A DNA stretch of 64,000 bases from Candidatus Bathyarchaeota archaeon B24. GTDB taxonomy: Archaea > Thermoproteota > CALKCG01 > B24. Under the pieces are notes generated by a model. The model ran no database searches. It saw nothing but the letters and a program-made list of their open reading frames with translations, and was not told the origin of the DNA. Position 1 is the first letter of the stretch, and every line of letters begins with the position of its first letter. The stretch is taken from assembly GCA_001593865.1 (NCBI GenBank), contig LUCB01000003.1, forward strand, positions 30,781 to 94,780, given 5' to 3'. Below are positions 8,401 through 15,100 of the stretch, in pieces. A program made the position numbers and the translations under genes.

Positions 8401-10125
8401 GTCTCCATAGTGATACTGGTCTTCTCGATGGTCACGTTCACCTCGCTTATGGCTGCACCTAGGCCTGTAGAGGACGTACGAACCATATCGGAGGGGGAGA
8501 CACCGCCGCTGTATCAGGGTATACTGATACGTAGGCCTGTGTGGTCGCCTATACCGGAGGAGATGTACTATCAGGTCATCCACCAGTTTAAGGGTACAGG
8601 CATATATTCGGCTAGGGGTTGGCTGTTCCCACCGCCTCCGCAGAGAGGTTTAGGGTTCTTCGCGTTCTCAGATAAGCTGATAACAAAGGTAGGTGCCGTC
8701 TTATTCCTGAGCCCTGAGGAAAAGGAGCTCTCCCACATAGACGAGATACTGCTACCCGGTAGCGACTGGTTTGGACCTGACGACGTTTACACATGTATCA
8801 TAAGTAAAACCATGGCTGATAACCTGACTAAAGAGTTGGGTAGGCCGATAACGATAGGCTCGGTTATACCGTTTCTAGGTATGAATCTTAGGGTTATAGG
8901 GATGTTCGACGGTGACCTTCTATGGTCTGGAAGCGAGGGTTTCGTAGATTTAGATGGTGAACCCATAACGCCGCTTATGCCGTTGATAACGACGGGTGCT
9001 GGTAGGGCTGTGCCGTTCCACTTCACCGGAGACTTGATAATGCTTATGCCTCTTAAGGCCTGCCTTCTACTTAGGGAGCGTGCCTACATAGTGAGCATAG
9101 CGTACAAGCCATATAACACGACTGCTATACGCGAGATCGCCCGTAACTTAGCCCTGAGGATCGCGACTGATGTGTATTACAGCGACGCGCCGGATAGAAT
9201 CGGGATCGTGAGATACCGGCAGTGGTTCACGGTCACAGGGTTTGAGACGTTCATAGCCCCGACGATAATCTGTAGCTTCACGATCTTGAACATGATGCTC
9301 GCTAACGTCCACTACAGAACCAGGGAGATCTCTATCTACATGGCTGTAGGCCTGTCGCCACTCCACGTTTCGATATTGTTCCTCGCAGAATCGCTAGTGT
9401 ACGCCCTGTTAGGGACGGTTCTAGGGTACGTGTACGGCGTGATCGGGTGCTGGATCTTCAACATATTCGGCCTATATCCGCCAGGATTCTACCCCAACTT
9501 CTCGTCGTTCTACGTGTTCATCGTGCTAGGGTCAGCCTCACTAGTAACCATACTCTCGACGGTTTATCCATCGATAAAGGCGTCGAGGCTTGTGACACCT
9601 TCCCTCGAGCGTAAATGGAGGGTTCCTCCGCCTCGTGGAGACGAGTGGGAGATACGGATGCCCTTCGTGTTCTCGGGTAGAGAGATCTACGGGTTCCTAG
9701 CGTTCGTGAACGAGTATTTAGACGCGCATAGGACCGAGGGAGTGGGTGCCTTCGCCACCTTCGGAGATATCGAATGGAAATCTGAGAGGGATCCGCTAGA
9801 GGAGAGGGATACTAAGACGTTGATAGCTAACGTACGTCTTGCGCCGTTCGACGTAGGCATCACCCAGAAGGTGATGGTTATAGCCGAATCGCAGAGGAAA
9901 CGACCGTATTCGCTTACCCTATACCTCCAGAGGACGACTGGGTTGTTAAGCGACTGGGTGAACTCCAACAGACCGTTCATAGACAACATGAGGAAGCAGC
10001 TGTTGATATGGAGAACGTTGAAGCAGACGGATAAGGAGAAGTACATCGACCTAGGGTTAACGTTATTTAGGAAGAAGCTCGGTATTGGTGACGAAGAATT
10101 TAAGAAGTATCTGGATCTAGAATAG
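5431..10125 (+). CDS. Giant (1564 aa) membrane fusion protein. Domain order: anchor, PA/M28-peptidase-like ectodomain with degenerate catalytic motifs, helical stalk, 3-4 TM helices, MacB/FtsX-type permease, ~170-aa cytoplasmic C-terminal domain
   Basis: ITAYLDSW, PGATDALGISALL and LAGHWQSLWGAREW align with M28 motifs AHxDSW, GAxD(D/N)xSG and EExGLxGS, but the metal and catalytic residues are replaced. LSIQNMRRRRFMTVLTLVSIVILVFSM matches MacB TM1. NMMLANVHYRTREISIYMAVGLSPLHVSILFLAESLVYALLGTVLGYVYG is an FtsX domain. The GTG start is uncertain; an alternative GTG lies at 5473. Confidence 0.8.
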   Translation: MRPVKLSSHRTHPAVSKAFLVTLIAMLPLALVGSILVSPAYSQLQPQNQEELMAMFKEVLDNIDQKEIMEHVAFFSSCGSRVTGYPGFFKAMDYVVSKFEEYGIQPYGEDGYFEYFYITIPVDYGANILLEDGEVLHGYNLWPNLVNPSPYRSPPEGDLLVYVGGGTFDDLSKVNVTDRWVLMDFDSRWFFRLAAMFGAKGVIYIGTGKESRMEAFQKLYNVPMAFPKIYLNPEDGLRLKELCEKQGEVKIWINSLMRWERIRVANIVGFIPGTANASEIGVITAYLDSWSIVPALSPGATDALGISALLNFAKFLAKNPPRRSVMLVVLAGHWQSLWGAREWVDRHFDILGTSVKFFVSLDLSAGSQQLAVYNRGNVYSYTNLQTLNSRYTSLINLLFRTYLPVLRDDSLLGERFGAYFIDEILLTYPPWISACPPTEFLGATYFDSEPYVAACYGGGFAFHTTNDARIYMKGPGDTYDRIQWDNYWPQVQFICTSLYGLLNEPVIDLPQSPSRLEATGEWGYCSLTIKVVSYNMTTAYWDPFDAERHPEAINDTIVHYQSTAAPAMQAVPSYAAFGAAFIMGVLDVIAKPDENGVVVIKGIKPYTSGMVDAFVINSTNGEIEWATDIGVYSPYQSKIASVTTVNASYLCSIFRCASIVLFALFNPSDLSSMPNVVLYNRLAHGPLIQQSFLVSMYGDVMAFIQPDIPVEILITRGRAFGMAATVATSGAALGSVGFIGAFLGGGGGGRFPMGILVNSTADFPEGYGYKVSAGKTLRIPFTPMLYARDIFLLNDGRVKLAAKYFTFNPVTIMFHGLAEKYLKLALEAYRQRDYGLSYASAYAAWAYEQVAYYSMMDLIWQVIYTIVVISIAIIPFAYAMSRLVGFEGRRLIAGVIMLFGIMLIVLDIFHPGFHLASNAGMAILAFGTAIIILPLLGFVIREAMMSAKTLKERMIGMHTAEISRSAIAFQAFSLSIQNMRRRRFMTVLTLVSIVILVFSMVTFTSLMAAPRPVEDVRTISEGETPPLYQGILIRRPVWSPIPEEMYYQVIHQFKGTGIYSARGWLFPPPPQRGLGFFAFSDKLITKVGAVLFLSPEEKELSHIDEILLPGSDWFGPDDVYTCIISKTMADNLTKELGRPITIGSVIPFLGMNLRVIGMFDGDLLWSGSEGFVDLDGEPITPLMPLITTGAGRAVPFHFTGDLIMLMPLKACLLLRERAYIVSIAYKPYNTTAIREIARNLALRIATDVYYSDAPDRIGIVRYRQWFTVTGFETFIAPTIICSFTILNMMLANVHYRTREISIYMAVGLSPLHVSILFLAESLVYALLGTVLGYVYGVIGCWIFNIFGLYPPGFYPNFSSFYVFIVLGSASLVTILSTVYPSIKASRLVTPSLERKWRVPPPRGDEWEIRMPFVFSGREIYGFLAFVNEYLDAHRTEGVGAFATFGDIEWKSERDPLEERDTKTLIANVRLAPFDVGITQKVMVIAESQRKRPYSLTLYLQRTTGLLSDWVNSNRPFIDNMRKQLLIWRTLKQTDKEKYIDLGLTLFRKKLGIGDEEFKKYLDLE

Positions 10126-10131
10126 AGGTGA
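10125..10131 (+). promoter_or_regulatory. Shine-Dalgarno-like GAGGTGA, 6 nt upstream of the ATG at 10138 (translational coupling of 5431..10125 and 10138..12099)
   Basis: The sequence tagAGGTGAgtctgtATG complements the conserved archaeal 16S 3' end (..UCACCUCC). Only 12 nt separate the stop and the start, with no TATA or T-tract between them. Confidence 0.5.
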
Positions 10132-10137
10132 GTCTGT

Positions 10138-12099
10138 ATGACCGAGCAGGAGATTCGCCCTGGACTGACTTGGAGGTCAGTGTTAGCTCTGATATTCTCC
10201 CTATTTCTAGTGCAGCCGGTGATGATATACTACTACCTCATAAGCGCTCAATGGTTTCCGCTTCAGGCTTGGATAGTGATCCTGCTATGGTCGGAGATCG
10301 CGCAGTTCCTAGGCTCCCCGTTGACTAAACAAGAACTCTTCATCCTGCTGAGCTTCCAGTGGATGGCCTCCTACTATGCCATGCTATTCAGCATGGGCGG
10401 CCCATACGACTTGGTGAAGAATGCATACATGGCCTACAGCCCTGAAGCACAGGCCCTAGGGATCTCACAGTACGTTCCGTCTTGGTGGGTACCGCCTCAA
10501 AGCGAACTCATAAGATTGACCATGGAACGCACGTTCCTCTACCTCGACCCGGTGTGGCTTATCCCGTTGGGGATAGCGGTTTTAGCATTGATATTTAACA
10601 TGGTCGCCGATATATCCATGGGTTATTTCACCTACTCGCTCTACGTGAAAGTGGAGAAGCTTCAGTTCCCCGCCGCTAGGGCAGCCGCCGAGACCGTCTT
10701 AACGCTGGCTGAGAGAGACCCACTACATATGAGGATACTGATGCTATCTATTCTCTTCGGTGCGCTCTACGACTTATTCGTGAGCTTCCTACCATACCTA
10801 CTCGGACCTTACCTAGCCAGTGGAGGAGCCGCGATCTACACGGTTCTTCTACCGATCGCTCAAACCTTCGACATGACACCTGTGATAGCGCACTTCCTAC
10901 CAGGGTTCGGCTTCGCCTTCACCTTGAACTTGATGACGTCTCCGGCAGGCTACATATCAGGGTTCATACTCCCCATCGACATATGCCTAGCCCAGTTCCT
11001 AGGAGCCTTCAGCTACTACTGTATAGGAACGCATCTGATAACGAGGTTTAACCTCTGGCCGGCTGAAAGTCCATATGATATTTCGTGGCCGCTGGCTATA
11101 CTTGTCCAAAGGTCTCAGCTATACTTCTACACGAGCCTCACCATAGGTATGGCCTTGGCAGCCACGTTCCTTCCGATGCTGATAAGACCTAAATCGTTCA
11201 TCAGGGCCTTCAGTTCGCTGGCTAAAGCGAAAGGTGCAGAGGGAGAGGGTCCTCCGCTATACTTGCTACTCGCGGCTTTCCTAGGGGCGTGCACTGGAGG
11301 CATGCTACTAGTATACTTCCTGACAGGGTTCCCGCTTTGGATTCTAGCAATATTCATGATCGGCGGTTCGTTCTTCGCGTCGTTTATGGGTGCAAGCGCC
11401 GCAGGTGTTACCACTACCGGATTTAACGTGCCTATGCTTCCGCAGCTTATGATATATCTGACCGGTTGGCAGGATAAGCGCATATGGTTTGCTCCGACAA
11501 ACATATACGCCGGAGGCCCAGGCATAGCCCAGGCGTTTATGCAGGCGGACATACTGAAGGCTAGAAAGTCCGAATATATCAAGACCTATATACTGATATT
11601 CTTCGTAGGCGTTCTCGTTACCATACTCTTCGTGTCATATTTATGGACTCTATCGCCTATACCGTCTGGAGCGTATCCTGCTACGATGGTCTACTGGCCG
11701 GTCGACGCCATGAACTGGGCTAGATGGCAGGTCTGGATGTGGTCCGGCTACCTGTTCAGGAAAGACCTTCTGATCGGAGGATTCGCTATAGGCTCGGTGA
11801 TATACCTGATAACGGATCTTATATTCCATAAACCATACTTCCTAGTGGCTTTCATCAGCGGAGCATATGGTAGCTGGTTTGGATATACCATGCAGCTTCC
11901 ATACACGCTGGCCCAGCTGATAGGGTCGATAATCGGTAACGTGGTCGTAGCCAGAGTTCTAAGTAGGAGGACAAAGATACCTTACGGCGTATTCGCCTAC
12001 AGGTTCTTCATGGGTACCACGATCGGATGGGGTCTGATGGAGAGCATAAGAGCGTTACTGGTGCTAGTCAGCCGAGCGATGTGGCTACTGCCATACTAG
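10138..12099 (+). CDS. Polytopic membrane protein (653 aa, ~14-16 TM); distant relative of 12215..14254 and 15101..17095, possibly OPT-superfamily-like
   Basis: Highly hydrophobic throughout. The motif YVKVEKLQFPAARAAAETVL sits at the same relative position as WLDIERVPFPYVIATHELI and WIDVEKVPFTHVMAAHEII in the two downstream paralogs. Confidence 0.75.
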   Translation: MTEQEIRPGLTWRSVLALIFSLFLVQPVMIYYYLISAQWFPLQAWIVILLWSEIAQFLGSPLTKQELFILLSFQWMASYYAMLFSMGGPYDLVKNAYMAYSPEAQALGISQYVPSWWVPPQSELIRLTMERTFLYLDPVWLIPLGIAVLALIFNMVADISMGYFTYSLYVKVEKLQFPAARAAAETVLTLAERDPLHMRILMLSILFGALYDLFVSFLPYLLGPYLASGGAAIYTVLLPIAQTFDMTPVIAHFLPGFGFAFTLNLMTSPAGYISGFILPIDICLAQFLGAFSYYCIGTHLITRFNLWPAESPYDISWPLAILVQRSQLYFYTSLTIGMALAATFLPMLIRPKSFIRAFSSLAKAKGAEGEGPPLYLLLAAFLGACTGGMLLVYFLTGFPLWILAIFMIGGSFFASFMGASAAGVTTTGFNVPMLPQLMIYLTGWQDKRIWFAPTNIYAGGPGIAQAFMQADILKARKSEYIKTYILIFFVGVLVTILFVSYLWTLSPIPSGAYPATMVYWPVDAMNWARWQVWMWSGYLFRKDLLIGGFAIGSVIYLITDLIFHKPYFLVAFISGAYGSWFGYTMQLPYTLAQLIGSIIGNVVVARVLSRRTKIPYGVFAYRFFMGTTIGWGLMESIRALLVLVSRAMWLLPY

Positions 12100-12122
12100 A
12101 GACGTTAGGGAAAACGCTCCGA

Positions 12123-12143
12123 TTTTTTAATCCTCCTTTTCTC
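12123..12143 (+). terminator. Oligo-T tracts (T6, T4) after 10138..12099
   Basis: gaTTTTTTaatcctccTTTTctc lies 24 nt after the stop. Archaeal transcription terminates at T-runs. Confidence 0.4.
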
Positions 12144-12176
12144 GATGAGGGGAGCCTTATAGAGTCGATGGCAAAG

Positions 12177-12184
12177 TTTTTAAA
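12177..12184 (+). promoter_or_regulatory. TATA-box-like TTTTTAAA ~30 nt upstream of the ATG at 12215
   Basis: The sequence is aaagTTTTTAAAcgc, at archaeal TATA spacing (~25-30 nt before a short-leader start). Confidence 0.4.
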
Positions 12185-12214
12185 CGCTCTAAGAGACTAA
12201 CGAGTGGTGTAAAA

Positions 12215-14254
12215 ATGAGCGAGGAGGTTAAGGAGTTTAGGATAAGTCCATCGCTGCTCGTTCCCTTGATAATCCTAACAGCTGTACTATCTTTCATAGG
12301 GACAGTTGAGATCGCTTTAAACGGCTCTGTCGGCGGCGCCTTCATGTGCCGCTACGCGTGGGGTACGGTCTCCAAAACCATGGGCATACCGATAATGTCC
12401 CTACTAGTAATACTACTAGCCTTCCCGTTCAAATATCTGAGAGGTCGATTGTCACCCTCTATGCTCGTCTCCCTCTACATCGTCGGTGCTGCTGTGGCGA
12501 TGTACGGTATCGGACACTACGAGACGTTCGCCTGCTGGCCAGTAGGATTCGCCAGAACGCTCCTGTATACTGAGCCGGAGTTCCTACCGGTCGCGGAGAG
12601 CTGGTGGTGGATGCCACCCCATGACGTGGTAGAGCTTATAGTCGCAGGCGGAGTAGCAACAGACTGGGGTGCATGGTCGGGAGCCATACTTTTCTGGTCG
12701 CTATATCTGCTGGTCTTTTATCTTTTCGGCTCTAGCGTGATGCTGCTCTTCAGACGGAGATGGCTGGACATAGAGAGGGTTCCGTTCCCATACGTCATAG
12801 CAACCCACGAGCTCATAAGAAGGGTCTCAGGAGAACGCGGATTAGAGAAAACTATGAAGTGGTTCATAATCGGTTTCGTCATAGCACTACTGTTTGAGAT
12901 ACAGGTTACATGCACATATGTATGGCCGTGGTGGCCAGACCTGCTAGCGTGGAGAGGCACGGCTGTGGATGAAACAAGCCCACAGGGATGCGTATGTATC
13001 TATCCTAACGACCCCATTGAAAGTACTCTCGTATGGTGGCCAGGCTATACGAAGAACATCCTACCGTTTCTAGTGTACTATCTAGCACCTCTTGATGTAT
13101 TGCTTTCAGCATGGGTGTTCTTCTTGATAGTGGTAATACTTGCTCAGATAGCCTACATGATGGGTTACTACACAGGGGTCTTCGACATGGGTAGCGCCTG
13201 TAGGATCCTAGGATGGGCGGGCTCCGATATATCGCCTCTCTTCGGTCCGCCATACTACTGGATGTGGGTGACTATGATAGGTGGTACATTCGCCGTGACT
13301 GTGATGATGATGTTTCATGCTAGAAGCTACCTCGCCGAGACCATAAGGCTCGCCATGCGCGGAGGCAGGTCTCCAGAGGAGGCAAACGAACCATTCACCT
13401 ACAGACAAATCTACATATTCATCATACTATCTGCGATAATACTACTAGCCTTCTGCTTTTCAGCAGGACTATCCATCGGAACATCTCTAGCAGTGTTGAT
13501 TGTAGGTGCGTTCATAAACACCGTGGCGGCCGCGTATGTTTTAGGCTTAAGCGGCTGTGGCTACATACATGAGAGGGCTTTATGGCCCAGCTGGCCTCTG
13601 AGGTTCATATGGCCCACAGCTCCTCAAAACTACAGCGCAGACTGGATAATGAGCCACGTCTTCATGCATACAGGGCTTAACCACGTGACGCACGGGGTAC
13701 AGACAGGGGCCTACCTTACGATCCAGAACCTTAAGATGGGTGGCTTAGCTAAGATAAACCTCCGAGATGTGTTCATACTGACTACTATAGCCAGCATCAT
13801 AGCGATATTCGTCGGGAACGCTACCAGGGTTTGGATAATAAACCTTCTAGGTGTTGCGCGTGTACCGATATGGGGTAGCTGCTCGGTTACTCAATGGTGT
13901 GACAACGACTTTGAAAGATATGCACAAGCTCCACCTGCTGAGTTCCAGTTTACCGCAGGTGCTGCAGGTTTCTTGATAACGATGATACTGTTCCTTCTGA
14001 GAGCTAGGTTTGTATGGTGGCCTCTACACCCCGTCGGCTTCATCCTGGCTACCGGTGTAGCGCCTAACTGGATGAGGGAGTGGAACGCCATGCTGGGTGC
14101 TTGGATAGCTAAGTTCCTGACCCTACGCGTAGGCGGTAGCAGAGCCTACGAAGAATACGGCGTACCCTTCGTAAGCGGAGGGATAGCAGGATACGCACTG
14201 TCAAACCTGATAGCCTACCTAATAGGCACGGTGAGGTTCTTCATACCGTTCTAA
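12215..14254 (+). CDS. Polytopic membrane protein (679 aa), clear paralog of 15101..17095
   Basis: Long collinear similarity to the paralog. DWGAWSGAILFWSLYLLVFYLFGSSVMLLFRRRWLDIERVPFPYVIATHELIRR aligns with NWGAWTIPILYWSLLHIVFYLFMASIVTIFRRRWIDVEKVPFTHVMAAHEIIRY. The C-termini LTLRVGGSRAYEEYGVPFVSG...VRFFIPF and LTLKVGGTRAYEDYGIPVAVG...VRFFVPF also align. Confidence 0.8.
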   Translation: MSEEVKEFRISPSLLVPLIILTAVLSFIGTVEIALNGSVGGAFMCRYAWGTVSKTMGIPIMSLLVILLAFPFKYLRGRLSPSMLVSLYIVGAAVAMYGIGHYETFACWPVGFARTLLYTEPEFLPVAESWWWMPPHDVVELIVAGGVATDWGAWSGAILFWSLYLLVFYLFGSSVMLLFRRRWLDIERVPFPYVIATHELIRRVSGERGLEKTMKWFIIGFVIALLFEIQVTCTYVWPWWPDLLAWRGTAVDETSPQGCVCIYPNDPIESTLVWWPGYTKNILPFLVYYLAPLDVLLSAWVFFLIVVILAQIAYMMGYYTGVFDMGSACRILGWAGSDISPLFGPPYYWMWVTMIGGTFAVTVMMMFHARSYLAETIRLAMRGGRSPEEANEPFTYRQIYIFIILSAIILLAFCFSAGLSIGTSLAVLIVGAFINTVAAAYVLGLSGCGYIHERALWPSWPLRFIWPTAPQNYSADWIMSHVFMHTGLNHVTHGVQTGAYLTIQNLKMGGLAKINLRDVFILTTIASIIAIFVGNATRVWIINLLGVARVPIWGSCSVTQWCDNDFERYAQAPPAEFQFTAGAAGFLITMILFLLRARFVWWPLHPVGFILATGVAPNWMREWNAMLGAWIAKFLTLRVGGSRAYEEYGVPFVSGGIAGYALSNLIAYLIGTVRFFIPF

Positions 14255-14265
14255 GACATCTCCAA

Positions 14266-14293
14266 TTTTTTCAAGGAATACCCTCTTATTTTT
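14266..14293 (+). terminator. Oligo-T tracts (T6, T5) after 12215..14254
   Basis: ccaaTTTTTTcaagg...cttaTTTTTctg begins 12 nt after the stop codon. Confidence 0.4.
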
Positions 14294-14304
14294 CTGACCG
14301 GAGT

Positions 14305-14316
14305 GTTTAAGTTTAT
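14305..14316 (+). promoter_or_regulatory. TATA-box-like GTTTAAGTTTAT ~25 nt upstream of the ATG at 14341
   Basis: An AT-rich element at canonical archaeal TATA distance from the start, consistent with a leaderless or short-leader mRNA. Confidence 0.35.
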
Positions 14317-14340
14317 CCTCCTCAAGATTTATCATGTCCG

Positions 14341-14934
14341 ATGATCAAGTGGATAGTCTCCCTAGGTCTCTCGTTGCTCGCTCTCGGCTCTCTCCTATTC
14401 ACGGTTTCTCAAACCCTGGGAACTCGCTCCCAGTCGATAACGCCTGAGGTATTATTGTATGAGGATAGGTTTGAGATGAAGCGTGAAGAAGTCAGGGTCT
14501 ACAACTTCACGTTTCCCCAGAACGTGACGGTCGTCACCATCGTAGGGTCCAACATGTGCGTAGGCCTTAGAATATACAACGAGACGTTTCAAGAGTTTAT
14601 CGAAGAGATGGGTGGATTAAGCATGGTGAATTACACCGGCATCGCTGAGCTTCTGGGGAATCTGCCTAAACCAATCTCATGGTCCCACAGCGAGTATTAC
14701 AGACATTTGATACCAAACAATAGAACCATGACCTACTACTTCATACTCTACAACTACCCCGCATGTTATCCTAAAAGCGTCCACTTGGAAATAGGATACA
14801 CCACCGGTAAGATAGAAATGCCCGAGGAAGAACCCATAACGTTTAGAAACCAGCTACTATCGACGGGTTTAGCCTCGATAGCCTTAGGGCTCCTGTTAGC
14901 ACTATACGGGTTCATAAAGGAGCCTAAAATATAA
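14341..14934 (+). CDS. Bitopic membrane protein (197 aa), paralog of 4747..5280
   Basis: N-terminal TM is IVSLGLSLLALGSLLF and C-terminal TM is LLSTGLASIALGLLLALYGFI-KEPK. It has several N-x-S/T sequons (NFT, NVT, NET, NYT, NRT). The similarity blocks are listed under 4747..5280. Confidence 0.6.
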   Translation: MIKWIVSLGLSLLALGSLLFTVSQTLGTRSQSITPEVLLYEDRFEMKREEVRVYNFTFPQNVTVVTIVGSNMCVGLRIYNETFQEFIEEMGGLSMVNYTGIAELLGNLPKPISWSHSEYYRHLIPNNRTMTYYFILYNYPACYPKSVHLEIGYTTGKIEMPEEEPITFRNQLLSTGLASIALGLLLALYGFIKEPKI

Positions 14935-15072
14935 GTTAGATTAACGGGTGGATCTGATACAGTAGAAGCAGTCACCCTTCAAGTAGGAAAAAAGGTAAGA
15001 GGATGAACCATCTCTTACAGTCTGGTCGAAATCTGGTTACGATGAATGATGGAAAAAATTAAAAGCCCATGG

Positions 15073-15082
15073 AATATAAATA
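15073..15082 (+). promoter_or_regulatory. TATA-box-like AATATAAATA ~24 nt upstream of the ATG at 15101 (probably a leaderless mRNA)
   Basis: The sequence is ggAATATAAATAcatcttttgtgatgaaatATG. Confidence 0.4.
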
Positions 15083-15100
15083 CATCTTTTGTGATGAAAT

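Noticed and set aside
10128-10328. A 66-aa ORF in another frame at the start of 10138..12099.
   Set aside because: It overlaps the 653-aa membrane-protein ORF, which has an SD at the correct spacing. The short ORF has no supporting signal.
15031-15100. ATGA/TGATGG/GTGATGA motifs upstream of 15101, considered as a second C/D-box sRNA.
   Set aside because: No correctly spaced CTGA D/D' boxes are present. GTGATGA sits between the TATA-like element and the ATG of the downstream gene, so promoter or leader sequence is the simpler reading.
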